Shown here in pieces: positions 1 through 9,772 of a stretch of 53,540 nucleotides of DNA. The stretch's first letter is position 1; the number at the start of each line of letters is the position of its first letter. The notes beneath the pieces were generated by a model, which did no database searches, was not told where the DNA came from, and saw only the letters and a program-made list of their open reading frames with translations. The position numbers and the translations under genes are program-made. Source of the stretch: Gemmatimonadaceae bacterium (lineage in GTDB: Bacteria > Gemmatimonadota > Gemmatimonadetes > Gemmatimonadales > Gemmatimonadaceae); assembly GCA_035317585.1 (NCBI GenBank), contig DATHGO010000095.1:1-53540 (forward strand), written 5' to 3'.

Positions 1-1247
1 TCGCAGAGATCACTGCAGCCATCCCATTGGGAGACGTGCTTTCCGAACGCCGCCTCTCCCTCGTTCTGCGCGGCGACGCGCGCTCTTTCCAGCGCAGACT
101 GGACCAGCGGCAGGCGCGCCATCGAGTCGCCGAGTGCTCTCAGCTCCCGCGGAGATGCGCGACCAGCGGCTGCTTTTCCAGCCAGGCGCTCGATGTCGCG
201 TACACCATCCAGCGCTTCCCGCATTGCACCGCGAACGAGCGCGTCCCCCAACGCCGCCACCGCGCTCAGACGCGCTTCTATCGGAGCACGTTCGACCAGT
301 GGCGCAAGCAGCCACTGCCGGAGCAAGCGAGCTCCCATCGGCGTAAGCGTGCGATCCAGAACCCGCAACAATGTCCCCGAGGCCTCGCCACCTCGCATCG
401 ATTCGACGAGCTCGAGATTGCGCCTCGTCATCTCGTCCAGAGGCATCGTGCCTCCCGGTCGCTCCATCCTTGGTCGCGCGAGGTGCGGCGTGCCGGCAGG
501 CTGCAGCTCGTCCAGATACCTGAGCAACGCACCAGCTGCTCCAACAGCCGCCCGATCGTCCTCAGCGATTCCGAATGACTCCAGCGACTTTACCTTGAAG
601 CGCTCGGCAAGCTGGTCGCGGCCGAGTTCAGGATCGAATTCCCAGCTCTCGCGTTCCGTGACCATTGGGCCTTCTTCACCGATTGGCCCCTTCAACACAT
701 TGCTCGGGTTTTCACCGCGAGCCACTATCACTTCACGAGGGGTGAATCTCGAGAGCGCTGACTCCAGATCTTCGGTCCGAACCGCGATCATCCTCAGCTC
801 TCCAGTCGACAAGTCGACTGCTGCTATGCCGACGGAATCGCCCTCGCGGTTCAGGGCGCATAGATAGTTGTTGCGCGTTCCATCGAGGAGATCGTCGGAG
901 TAAGCAGCACCGGGCGTAATTGTCTCAGTGACTTCGCGTTTGACAATGCCCTTTGCGAGCTTTGGGTCTTCGGTCTGTTCGCAAATCGAGACGCGAAAGC
1001 CTTGCTGGATGAGCCGGCGGAGATACTCTCCGGCAGCCTTAACGGGAACACCAGCGAGCGGTACCTCGCTCGCGCCGCCGTTATTCCTGGAGGTGAGGGT
1101 GAGACCGAGTGTCTTCGATGCTACTTCGGCGTCCTCGTAGAACATTTCGTAGAACTCACCCATCCGGAAGAACAGAATCGCGTCCTGATGACGCGACTTG
1201 ATCTCCCGGTACTGCTGCATCAACGGCGTTGATGCGGCGCGACTCAC
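1..1247 (-). CDS. mutS: DNA mismatch repair protein MutS (5' part; runs off the window)
   Basis: Not in the ORF track. Manual translation from GTG at 1247 gives MSRAASTPLMQQYREIKSRHQDAILFFRMGEFYEMFYEDA...VPLAGVP...GFRVSICEQ, the MutS domain I signature (TPxMQQY, GxFYE). GTGA overlap with the upstream stop. Confidence 0.95.
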   Translation of the reverse strand, partial: MSRAASTPLMQQYREIKSRHQDAILFFRMGEFYEMFYEDAEVASKTLGLTLTSRNNGGASEVPLAGVPVKAAGEYLRRLIQQGFRVSICEQTEDPKLAKGIVKREVTETITPGAAYSDDLLDGTRNNYLCALNREGDSVGIAAVDLSTGELRMIAVRTEDLESALSRFTPREVIVARGENPSNVLKGPIGEEGPMVTERESWEFDPELGRDQLAERFKVKSLESFGIAEDDRAAVGAAGALLRYLDELQPAGTPHLARPRMERPGGTMPLDEMTRRNLELVESMRGGEASGTLLRVLDRTLTPMGARLLRQWLLAPLVERAPIEARLSAVAALGDALVRGAMREALDGVRDIERLAGKAAAGRASPRELRALGDSMARLPLVQSALERARVAAQNEGEAAFGKHVSQWDGCSDLC

Positions 1248-2380
1248 CGTTCGGGCGCCCGTACCACGAAACCATCCATGTGATTTGCCTTGATCTTCCT
1301 GAGCGCGTCCTCAGCTTCTTTCTCTGTTGCGTAGCGTCCGACCCTCACGCGGAATGGTGCGACCGATCCGTCGACCCGCGTGGCGTAGCCTCGCTTCCTC
1401 AGGGTTGAGGTGAGTTTATCGGCTTCTGCTCTATTGGTATAGGCAGCTACCTGGACCGAATAACCATTTCCGCGCGAGGGCGTCGTGCTCGCTTTCGTCA
1501 CGGCCTTTTCGGCGGCAGCTTTCGGCGCTTTCGCCGGATCGACGATGCTTGGCTTTGAGTCGTTGGCTTCAGTCGGTGGCTTGGGACGCTGAGTTGGCAC
1601 AACTGTCCTGGGCACTGTCGATGGCGTTGCGACCGGCGGAGTCGTGGTATCGACAGCTCGCGGTTTTTCCTTCTCGGTAGCCACGACTGGAGTCGGAGTC
1701 ACCGGAGTTGTACTGGTTGTATTGGGGGGCGCACTCTTGGGCGTCGTTGATGCGGTTGCTGGAGTCTTCGGATTATTTGCTGACGCATCCGTCATCGGAG
1801 AATTCACCGTTGCTACAGCGACCGGACACCGCTGACCCTGATACTGTATCTGATTCCTCAGCTCAACCTGCGAGGCGTCAGCCTGTGCCAGCGCGTTTGC
1901 ATTCGCCGCACAGGCATTCGGGATGTCGTTCTTCTCAAAGAGTACTCGCGCCATCCAGTAACTCGCTCTCGCGAGCGACTTGCTCCGCGGATAGTCACGT
2001 GGAATCCGTTGCAGGTGGCCGAGTGCGCCGTCGCGATCCCCGCGAGCGAGCTCGAGCTGTGCCAGACGCAGCAACGCGTCTTCGGCCTGGGGAGCGAGCG
2101 GATAATCCACCACGATGTGTTTGTAATCGCTCTCTGCATCCGCGGCATTAGCTGCCAGCGTGGCGCGCCAGAACAGCGCCTCGGGATACAGCCGAGCCGT
2201 AGGCTGAGTCGCGGCAATCACAGAATCGATCAGCGCCCTTCCGGCGACTCCATTGCCATCACTCACCAGGGTCTGGGCTCTCACGAAAACCGGATCTGTT
2301 GGGCGTAGGGGAGCCTGAGCGGCTGCCAGCGTCGCGGCAAATAATAGTGGTACGGCGAAAAGACCTGTCCATCTAGACAT
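1244..2380 (-). CDS. Secreted TPR-like + SPOR domain protein
   Basis: Signal peptide, helical TPR-like repeats (EALFWRA...DALLRLAQLE...ASYWMARV), long Pro/Thr linker, C-terminal SPOR motif (YSVQVAAY...FRVRVGRY). Confidence 0.85.
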   Translation of the reverse strand: MSRWTGLFAVPLLFAATLAAAQAPLRPTDPVFVRAQTLVSDGNGVAGRALIDSVIAATQPTARLYPEALFWRATLAANAADAESDYKHIVVDYPLAPQAEDALLRLAQLELARGDRDGALGHLQRIPRDYPRSKSLARASYWMARVLFEKNDIPNACAANANALAQADASQVELRNQIQYQGQRCPVAVATVNSPMTDASANNPKTPATASTTPKSAPPNTTSTTPVTPTPVVATEKEKPRAVDTTTPPVATPSTVPRTVVPTQRPKPPTEANDSKPSIVDPAKAPKAAAEKAVTKASTTPSRGNGYSVQVAAYTNRAEADKLTSTLRKRGYATRVDGSVAPFRVRVGRYATEKEAEDALRKIKANHMDGFVVRAPER

Positions 2381-2400
2381 CTCACCACTCTCCTATTGAC

Positions 2401-3462
2401 TCATGCAGCAGCGCTTTTGTCGTCGGCTGCGCACAGGCTGAGTACTACCGTAGCCAGTAATTGTTCTTCGGACGAGACTCTGCTCTCCTTCAGCGCAATA
2501 TCTGCCTCGAGCAGGGAATCGAGTGCGCGATCGAGGGATTCGCGGCTCCAGCGATCCGCGGCACGAGCCCAGACGGCAGCGGCAGATCCCCACGGCCGGC
2601 CTGTAAAGGCCCCCGTCGCTTTCAGAAGATCGAAGTATTCCTGGGCTAGGCGAGCTCTCGGGAGGCCTTCATCCAATCTCGAGCGGCCCCACGAGATGGC
2701 GAGCATCTGTGTCGCCAATGCCATGACGATTGAAACGCCCGTTGTTTTCGTCTGGGCCAGGACGTGTGAAATCAGCCCGAGCGCGCGAGCGGCGTTCCGA
2801 TCGGCGACTGCATCGAGGAGATCAGCCTGTGTCTCCCCGCGACGTACCCCGACAACTGCAGCTACTGCTTCCTCGCCAATCTCCTGGCTATGCCCTTCGA
2901 TGTAGCTCGCCAGCTTGTCCAGCTCACCAGCAAGTTGATGCAGATCGCTGCCAACCGCTGCCTGGAGGAGCTCAATAGCGGGTTCAGTGATCGTTAACCC
3001 GAGCTCGCTGGTTACCCTATGTGTGATCCATCTGGGAATCCGGTCGCCGGTGAGAGGATCGAATTGAAGCGACGTGCTCGAGGCCGATAGCACCGTATCT
3101 GCCTTGGATCCCGCAGCTCCTGTCATAAGAAGCAGCAAATCGGGCGCGGGGCTTTTCAGATACTGGTCGAGGACCTTCCGCGCATCTTTCTTGAGCGCAC
3201 CGACGTCGCGAAGTACGATCACCCTTCTCTCCGCCATCATTGGCGGTGTGGAGAGGAGAACTCCAAGAGTCTCGGCGTCGATCTCGCCAGATCGTCTCGT
3301 ATCCAGGTTGAAGTCCCTGGCTCCGGGATCCAAAGCGGCTTCGATGAGCTGCCGGATCGCGTCGTCCTTTTGATAATCATCCTCTCCCCAAATGAAGTAA
3401 GCGCCGTCGAATGACCGGCGCTTAATCGCATCACGGAGAGTTTTGAGAGAGGATGCGGACAT
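2401..3462 (-). CDS. holA: DNA polymerase III subunit delta
   Basis: YFIWGEDDY, DFNLD, TPPMMAERRVIV and ELDKLASY motifs typical of HolA. Confidence 0.9.
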   Translation of the reverse strand: MSASSLKTLRDAIKRRSFDGAYFIWGEDDYQKDDAIRQLIEAALDPGARDFNLDTRRSGEIDAETLGVLLSTPPMMAERRVIVLRDVGALKKDARKVLDQYLKSPAPDLLLLMTGAAGSKADTVLSASSTSLQFDPLTGDRIPRWITHRVTSELGLTITEPAIELLQAAVGSDLHQLAGELDKLASYIEGHSQEIGEEAVAAVVGVRRGETQADLLDAVADRNAARALGLISHVLAQTKTTGVSIVMALATQMLAISWGRSRLDEGLPRARLAQEYFDLLKATGAFTGRPWGSAAAVWARAADRWSRESLDRALDSLLEADIALKESRVSSEEQLLATVVLSLCAADDKSAAA

Positions 3463-3510
3463 CCTCGAAATATACGGCCGCCCTACTTGAGTGCCGATGG
3501 CTCTCGAGCG

Positions 3511-4047
3511 CTACCGCGTGTAGTTCGTAAGCTCGAGCCTGGAGTGCGCAAACCGCACTGGGGCCTGCTCCGCAAACAGCGCCGCGGGCCAGATAGTCAG
3601 GCCGGCTGAAACCGACGCAACTATGGCCGGGGTCGAGGTTGTAATTGGGGTAAGCTCCGGCTCCGGCATCGTTGCAACCACTGGAGCCATTACCAGATCG
3701 CGTGGAGCATCGGTGTGATGGTACAGCGTTGTCCCTATGTATCCCAGCATGACCGCACTCGCCAGCGTCGCCGCGATTGCGCCACGTCTGAGATTGCGCT
3801 GGGTAACGGCTAGCAGATGATCGCTATCGCATTCTCTGAGACGCGCTTCGAGTCGCTGCGAGAAGCCCGCGGACAGTTCTATGGAAGGAAGATTCCTGAA
3901 GAGTAAAAGCGCTCGCCGGATCTTGGCATCGTGCTTCGCGCAGCTCTCGCATTCAGCAAGGTGCCGCTGCATGCGAACAAGCTCGATCCCCGCCAGGGTA
4001 TCGTCTACAAATGCGACGTGCTGATCACAAAACTCGCGACAATCCAT
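3511..4047 (-). CDS. Zinc-finger (ZAS, zf-HC2) transmembrane anti-sigma factor
   Basis: MDC...HLAECESC (HxxxCxxC), one TM helix, directly downstream of an ECF sigma gene. Confidence 0.85.
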   Translation of the reverse strand: MDCREFCDQHVAFVDDTLAGIELVRMQRHLAECESCAKHDAKIRRALLLFRNLPSIELSAGFSQRLEARLRECDSDHLLAVTQRNLRRGAIAATLASAVMLGYIGTTLYHHTDAPRDLVMAPVVATMPEPELTPITTSTPAIVASVSAGLTIWPAALFAEQAPVRFAHSRLELTNYTR

Positions 4048-4063
4048 GGAGATAGGCTGAGGG

Positions 4064-4104
4064 TTCGGAACAGGGTACCCGCTAGCGGGGTCCCTGTTCC
4101 CGAA
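4064..4104. other. Strong inverted repeat between the ECF sigma and anti-sigma genes
   Basis: GGAACAGGG-ta-CCCGC-ta-GCGGG-gt-CCCTGTTCC; no clear U-tract. Confidence 0.6.
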
Positions 4105-4113
4105 TCGTCAGGC

Positions 4114-4752
4114 CTAATCTACGTATGGTGCGATGATTTCCGCGAACGAGTTTCTTGCCCGGTTAAGCCGCGATTTGACCGTGCCCAGGTTGCACTCCGT
4201 AATCTCCGCGATCTCCTCGTAAGACTTGCCCTCGAGCTCGCGCAGGACGAACACATTCCTGTGGTGCTCCGGAAGCTTGGCGACGCTCTCCTCGACGATC
4301 TCCCTCAAATGACGCTTACGGTACATGTCATCCGGACGGGACGTGGTGTCTTCGAACTGGAGAGGACGATCATCGTCCTCAAAGTTCTTCTGGACCGCCT
4401 GAAAGAGAACCAACGGATTACGGGAGCGGTTGCGTAGCTCATTCTTCGCCAGATTCGAGGCGATCGTATAGACCCAGGTCGAAAATTTCTTCGAGCGGTC
4501 GAAGCGATGCAGGTGGCGATAGACACGAATGAAAACCTCCTGCACCAGATCTTCCGCCTTTTCCCGGTCCCCGATCGTGCGGTACACGAAGTTCAGGAGA
4601 CGGGTTTGGTAGCGGGTGACCAGTTCAGAGAAGGCGCGCTCCTCTCCACCAAGGAAGGCAGTAACGACGGCTGAGTCATCCATCGCCTGGAGGCGTTCCC
4701 TGACGCTCGGTCCTTCAACGGATACAGCTTTCTTACGGACGATGTCAGCCAT
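4114..4752 (-). CDS. ECF sigma-70 factor (RpoE/SigW-like)
   Basis: AEDLVQEVF, FSTWVYTIA and SYEEIAEI...GTVKSRLNRAR. ATG at 4752 chosen for its GAGGAG SD (track starts at 4782). Confidence 0.92.
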   Translation of the reverse strand: MADIVRKKAVSVEGPSVRERLQAMDDSAVVTAFLGGEERAFSELVTRYQTRLLNFVYRTIGDREKAEDLVQEVFIRVYRHLHRFDRSKKFSTWVYTIASNLAKNELRNRSRNPLVLFQAVQKNFEDDDRPLQFEDTTSRPDDMYRKRHLREIVEESVAKLPEHHRNVFVLRELEGKSYEEIAEITECNLGTVKSRLNRARNSFAEIIAPYVD

Positions 4753-4832
4753 TTTTCTCTCCTCTATATAAGAGACACTCACGACACTGAATCGTGCACA
4801 TCTCTGCTGGAACTTTCTACGCTTTCATGTAA

Positions 4833-4848
4833 TGCACGGCTCGTGCCG
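4833..4848 (-). promoter_or_regulatory. Putative sigma54 (-24/-12) promoter of the ECF sigma operon
   Basis: CGGCACGAGCCGTGCA has exact GG-N10-GC spacing and is oriented toward the sigma gene. Confidence 0.6.
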
Positions 4849-4995
4849 AATGGCCTACCGAAGTAACCCGTTGTCAGTAAACGACTTATGGCGTTTCGGT
4901 CAAGCGTGAGCTTGTCCTGATTCTGCCAATCCTGTCCTAATTACATGACATGTCAGCGTCCTTTCATTGATTAGACGCCAATTTGGCCCGAAGGG

Positions 4996-5556
4996 TTAAC
5001 GGCCCGAGCGAAACCCGGCGGCGAACAGGAGACCGATTATGGTCTTGGCATCCTGAATCTCACCTGCTTCTACCATTTCCAACGCTCGGGACAGCCGCAT
5101 CGGATGGAGATCGAGAAACTCATCCACCTCGTGTTTAGTCTCGCCAGCGAGCAATCCGGTTGCCATGAAAAGGTGGATTTTTTCGTCAGTGAACCCGGGA
5201 GTCGTGTACATCGTGAGCAAGTGGTCAAAATGCTCTGCTGTGCAACCGGTTTCTTCTTTCAGTTCCCGCACAGCACAATCGCGTGGGTTTTCCCCTTGGT
5301 CGAGCCTTCCCGCCGGGATCTCGTACAGATAGCCGTCGGCGGCATATCGGTACTGACGGATCATCAGCACCTGAGGATCTTCCCCTCGCGGATCGCTCAG
5401 GAAGGGGACGATTGCGCTCGCACCAGGGTGCCTGATCATCTCCAGCTCACCGGTGGAACCGTCGGGAAAGCGGACTGTATCGACGTCCACCGAGATGATC
5501 TTCCCCGTGTAGACGCGTCTGGACTCTACCTTCCCGGCTTTGGTTTCTTCTCCCAT
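4996..5556 (-). CDS. NUDIX hydrolase (ADP-ribose pyrophosphatase-like)
   Basis: Nudix box GRLDQGENPRDCAVRELKEETG, plus HPGA, RQYRY, TPGF and IQDAKT. Start uncertain (5556 or 5598). Confidence 0.88.
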   Translation of the reverse strand: MGEETKAGKVESRRVYTGKIISVDVDTVRFPDGSTGELEMIRHPGASAIVPFLSDPRGEDPQVLMIRQYRYAADGYLYEIPAGRLDQGENPRDCAVRELKEETGCTAEHFDHLLTMYTTPGFTDEKIHLFMATGLLAGETKHEVDEFLDLHPMRLSRALEMVEAGEIQDAKTIIGLLFAAGFRSGR

Positions 5557-5569
5557 CGTGGACGAAGCG

Positions 5570-6919
5570 CTATGAGCTGTGGACGTGGAGGTCTCCAACG
5601 CTCAAATCTGAAACGGAGTCACGAATCACCCGCGCGTCACCGACCACGATCGTTTGCAGCTCGTCAGGATGCAGGTGGGACCTGGCCGCCTGAAGGACCG
5701 CATCCGCTGAAACGCCCCGGATGTTCCTTCGGTAGGACTCGTAGTAGTCAGCCGGCAGATCGTAGATGACGAGCGTCGCGAGAGCAGATGCGATTGCGGC
5801 AGTCGTCTCATATCGAATGGGGAATACTCCGTCGAGATAATCTCTCGCCAGCGACAACTCTTCATCCGAAATTCGCTCACCACGGATCCGATCGATCTCG
5901 AGAAGTATCTCATGCAATGCAGGCGCCGTCACCTCGCTTTGCACCGCGGTCGATACGACGAATGGACCTGGACCACGTCGCCAGTCGTAGAACGATGACG
6001 CCCCGTACGTATAGCCGTGCGCCTCGCGGAGATTCAGGTTGATCCGCGAGCCGAAGAGGCCGCCCAGAACGGCGTTCATTACAAGCGTGGGGAAAAAGTC
6101 AGGATGTTTGCGCGGCAAACCGACATGTCCAGTCCGTAGTTCCGACTGCGACGCTCCCGGTTTGTCCACGATATGAATGCTCTTCCGAGTGGTCCGGGCC
6201 ACTGCTACTAGCGGGCGATTCGGTGCGCTTCCCAATGACCACTGCTCAAACGCGCGTGTGATCAACACGCGTGCCTCATCCGTCGAGACATCTCCCGTCA
6301 TGATTACAGTCGTCGATCCGGCGCGGTATCTGGATTGATAAAACTCTTCAACGTCTCTCCGCGACAATGCGCTTACGCTCTCGGTGCTTCCTTCGTCCGG
6401 CTTGGAATACCGTGATTCCCGGGTGTACAGGAACTCCGAGAACTTCTCGTCTGCCAGTCCGCGGGGCTCCGTTTCCAGCTGAAGGATCTCCGCAAGACGC
6501 TCGGCCTTGGCCCGCTCTATTTCACGTTCTGGGAAAACGGGATTGCTGATGGCTTCGCCAAGGAGCTTCGTCGCTTCTTCCAGCTGCTCTGACAGCACCG
6601 TGATCTTGATGAATGCGCTGTCCCAGTCTGCACCTGATTCGACAGACGTCCCCAGCTGCTCGAATTTCTCCGCCAGCTCAGCTCCGTCAAACCGCTGACT
6701 GCCTTCGAGGAGCGTACCGGCGGTCAGGGCAGCGACACCTTCCTTGCCGCCTGGATCATTGGTGGATCCGGCGTCGACGACTACCAAAACGGTGATCACC
6801 GGAAGCTTCGCCACTTGCGCCGTAACCAGGCGAATTCCACTCGGCAATATCTGATCGTGGAAATCCGGGAAATGGTAACTCCGAGGTGGGCCGGCCTTCG
6901 GACGGAGAGAGGTAACCAT
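5570..6919 (-). CDS. M16B peptidase, non-catalytic subunit
   Basis: M16 fold motifs, SRINLNLREAHGYTYG (R/Y pair), lacks HxxEH. Confidence 0.88.
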   Translation of the reverse strand: MVTSLRPKAGPPRSYHFPDFHDQILPSGIRLVTAQVAKLPVITVLVVVDAGSTNDPGGKEGVAALTAGTLLEGSQRFDGAELAEKFEQLGTSVESGADWDSAFIKITVLSEQLEEATKLLGEAISNPVFPEREIERAKAERLAEILQLETEPRGLADEKFSEFLYTRESRYSKPDEGSTESVSALSRRDVEEFYQSRYRAGSTTVIMTGDVSTDEARVLITRAFEQWSLGSAPNRPLVAVARTTRKSIHIVDKPGASQSELRTGHVGLPRKHPDFFPTLVMNAVLGGLFGSRINLNLREAHGYTYGASSFYDWRRGPGPFVVSTAVQSEVTAPALHEILLEIDRIRGERISDEELSLARDYLDGVFPIRYETTAAIASALATLVIYDLPADYYESYRRNIRGVSADAVLQAARSHLHPDELQTIVVGDARVIRDSVSDLSVGDLHVHSS

Positions 6920-8229
6920 CAGTCCGCGCCAACCGCGGCGGCGAGTACACTCTCGGATTCGACTCCTTCCTTCGGGACGTAGAGAAGACTTGCCCTGTTG
7001 TCCTCACCGAAGCGTTCGGAGATCAGATCGTTGACCCTCTGCGTGGTTACCGATCGGTACCGGTCTGCCTGCTCGTTGATCAGCTCCGGCCGCTTGAAAT
7101 ACGTGGCGAACATCGAAAGCCTGTCTGCTCTCTCGCCCGCTGACTGAAGGGAGGCGACCAGATCAGTCTCGATCAACGCAATTGCTCTTTTCACTTCGGG
7201 TTCCGTAACACCTTCGCGATGGATGAGGTCGATCTCTCGCTCGACCTCATCCTCCAGCCTGCTAACAGAGGTTTCCGGCCGCGCTGTGACATCAACGACC
7301 AGGAGATCAGTCCCCTTCGCCAGATCAAACGTGAACGCACCAGCGTCTGCCGCTATCTGCCTTTCACGTACCAGACTCCGATGAAGGCGGCTTCCCTTTC
7401 TCATTCCGAGCACGGCGGAAGCAACACTGGCGGCGTAATACTCTTCGCTCCCGAATACCGGCGAACGAAATGCCATGAACAAACGTGGGAGACTCACGTT
7501 GTCGGGAACGACCTCCCGCAATCGGTTCCCGAACAGTGGCGGGAGATCCATCGATGGCAGCGCTGGCCTCCCTTTTCCGCTCGGAATCGGTCCGAAGTAC
7601 TCGGTGACGAGCCTGCGCGCTTCTATCGAATCAAAATCACCCGCGATCGAGAGAACCGCGTTGTCCGGCGTGTAGAAGGTGGCAAAGAACTGCGCGACGT
7701 CATCCAGCGATGCAGCCGAGAGATCCTCCATTGACCCGATGAGCGAATGCTGGAAGGGGTACGATGGAGGAAACACCAGCTCCTGCATCTTCTCGAGCAT
7801 TGTGCCGTACGGCTGGTTATCCACCGACCACCGTCGCTCATTCTTAACGACATCACGCTGAGTATCCAGCTTTTCCTGTGTCATCGCCGGAAGCAGTTCG
7901 CCCATACGGTCTGCTTCCAGCCAGAGGGCCAACGCGAGCTCATTGGATGGAACCGTTTCGAAATAGTTCGTCCGCTCGAGCCACGTCGAACCATTCAATG
8001 TTCCACCCGCGCGTTGTATTAGCTCAAAATGCTCGTTCGACCCGACGTGTGCCGAGCCCTGGAAGAGCATGTGTTCAAAGAGGTGGGCGAATCCCGTTCT
8101 GCCGGCCTTCTCGTTCGCCGACCCGACGTGATACCAAAGGTTCACCGCCACGATTGGGGCGGTATGATCCTCCGACAGCGTCACAAACAGCCCGTTATCG
8201 AGGTGAAAGGTTTCTACCGGAATTCGCAT
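6919..8229 (-). CDS. M16B zinc peptidase, catalytic subunit
   Basis: LDNGL, GFAHLFEHMLF (HxxEH), NERR, FYTPDNA. Start placed at ATG 8229. Confidence 0.92.
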   Translation of the reverse strand: MRIPVETFHLDNGLFVTLSEDHTAPIVAVNLWYHVGSANEKAGRTGFAHLFEHMLFQGSAHVGSNEHFELIQRAGGTLNGSTWLERTNYFETVPSNELALALWLEADRMGELLPAMTQEKLDTQRDVVKNERRWSVDNQPYGTMLEKMQELVFPPSYPFQHSLIGSMEDLSAASLDDVAQFFATFYTPDNAVLSIAGDFDSIEARRLVTEYFGPIPSGKGRPALPSMDLPPLFGNRLREVVPDNVSLPRLFMAFRSPVFGSEEYYAASVASAVLGMRKGSRLHRSLVRERQIAADAGAFTFDLAKGTDLLVVDVTARPETSVSRLEDEVEREIDLIHREGVTEPEVKRAIALIETDLVASLQSAGERADRLSMFATYFKRPELINEQADRYRSVTTQRVNDLISERFGEDNRASLLYVPKEGVESESVLAAAVGAD

Positions 8230-8282
8230 TGTCGTAAATTGCCCGCCATGCAAACCCACTGGAACCCCCTCGGCACTCGCAC

Positions 8283-9095
8283 GTGATTGCCGCCCTTGTC
8301 ATTCTAGCGCTGCTGTCAGGGTCCCTGTTTCTGCTCTGGCGGTCACAGGAGCGAATCCTGTTTCAACCGCCTCGACTGCAGGAAGCACTGCCTGAGCCCG
8401 GACGCGTGTCATACGAAGCCGTCGATGGACAACGGCTCATCGGCTTCATGGTCGGGGATCCCCGAGTCGCGCCTGGCGTTCTGCTCTGCTTTCATGGAAA
8501 CGCAGACCTCGCCGTATGGCAGCTCGAGTGGGCACGGACGGTTGAGCGCCATACCCGATATGCAGTTTTCCTCGCCGAATACCGCGGTTACATGTCACTT
8601 GGTGGAAGCCCCACGTACTCGACCACGAAGCTCGACGCCCGTGCAGCCTATGACAATCTTCGAATCACCTTCGGTCTTGATCGCGCGCGCATGGCGTTCT
8701 TCGGTCATTCACTTGGCAGTGCTGTAGCGACAGAGCTTGCAGAGATTCATCCACCGGCTGCGCTGCTTCTCCAGTCGCCCTTCTCTTCGGCACGTGCAAT
8801 GGCGAGGCTCATCGTTACCCTTCCCGTAGCTCTCGTCTGGAAGACAATCTCGAGGATTCACTTCGATACCCGAGCGGCTGTCTCGACCCTCGATGTGCCC
8901 GTTTCGGTTGTGCACGGGCGACGTGACCGTATCATCCCTTTCAGAATGGGGGTCGAGGTTTACGAGGCCGCGAAGAGAAAAGGCCAGCTACTGTTGGTCG
9001 AAGGAGCCGGTCACAACGATGTGGCCGAGATTGCCGGGAAAGAATATTGGCGTTGGATGGTGGAGGCACTGAAACCACCCGCGATTAGTAAGTAG
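8283..9095 (+). CDS. Alpha/beta hydrolase (ABHD/Bem46-like), N-terminal TM
   Basis: FHGNA, EYRGY, GHSLG nucleophile elbow, HGRRD and GAGHND. Confidence 0.88.
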   Translation: MIAALVILALLSGSLFLLWRSQERILFQPPRLQEALPEPGRVSYEAVDGQRLIGFMVGDPRVAPGVLLCFHGNADLAVWQLEWARTVERHTRYAVFLAEYRGYMSLGGSPTYSTTKLDARAAYDNLRITFGLDRARMAFFGHSLGSAVATELAEIHPPAALLLQSPFSSARAMARLIVTLPVALVWKTISRIHFDTRAAVSTLDVPVSVVHGRRDRIIPFRMGVEVYEAAKRKGQLLLVEGAGHNDVAEIAGKEYWRWMVEALKPPAISK

Positions 9096-9107
9096 CACAA
9101 CGCCACT

Positions 9108-9122
9108 AAAAGCCGGCTTTTT
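9108..9122. terminator. Possible weak bidirectional terminator
   Basis: AAAAGCCGGCTTTTT palindrome between convergent genes; the GC stem is very short. Confidence 0.3.
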
Positions 9123-9758
9123 TCACAGCTTCCGCTCGAAAAAGAAGGCAAGCGGCACCTTGAGCGATTCGCTGAAGATGTACTTCCAGCGCTCTTCCCG
9201 GTTCGGCGAGATCGGGCTGGTCTGCGTCGGAGAGGTGTAGGGTGTAAATCCGAAACGTCTCGCCAGAATCCGCAGCCGCAGCATGTGAAACGGATCGCTG
9301 ACGAGTAGAGCCGTTTGAAGCCCGCGAACTTCGAGCATCCCTGCGACTGCGCGCATCGACTCGCTCGTCGTCCGGCCTTCATTTTCTACCAGAATGGCGC
9401 TATCCGGAACACCGCGTTTTCTGGCGTAAGTTCTTCCCACTGCCGCCTCGCTGGTAGTATCGCCAGATCCCGTTCCGCCAGTGAGTATCAGAAGCGCCGC
9501 CAGATGGCGGTTCCAGAGATCGAGTGCATGATCGAGCCGGGCTCGAAGAACAGGCGATGGCTTACCAGCATACTGCGCGGCACCCAGTACCACGATCGCC
9601 TGCGCGGGCCGCGCCTCATCGCGTGAGGCCCAAATCAGGACGGCAGTGGCGGAAACGACCCAGAGTGCAAACACGGCTACGAAAGCGACCGTCAGTATTC
9701 GCCGAACGATCTTTACTGCGTGTTTCGCTTTCTGTTTTGCCTTTGCGGCACGGTTCAT
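9123..9758 (-). CDS. YdcF/DUF218 (ElyC/SanA family) membrane protein
   Basis: TM helix, AIVVLGAA, RLDHA, TGG, SEA and VSDPFHMLR. Confidence 0.88.
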   Translation of the reverse strand: MNRAAKAKQKAKHAVKIVRRILTVAFVAVFALWVVSATAVLIWASRDEARPAQAIVVLGAAQYAGKPSPVLRARLDHALDLWNRHLAALLILTGGTGSGDTTSEAAVGRTYARKRGVPDSAILVENEGRTTSESMRAVAGMLEVRGLQTALLVSDPFHMLRLRILARRFGFTPYTSPTQTSPISPNREERWKYIFSESLKVPLAFFFERKL

Positions 9759-9772
9759 CCGTAGAAGCTACG

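Noticed and set aside
27-1232. Several plus-strand ORFs in the track
   Set aside because: Antisense shadows of mutS, which the track missed because it runs off the window.
1480-1810. Low-complexity, repeat-like DNA
   Set aside because: It is the Pro/Thr/Ala linker of the SPOR protein, not a DNA repeat array.
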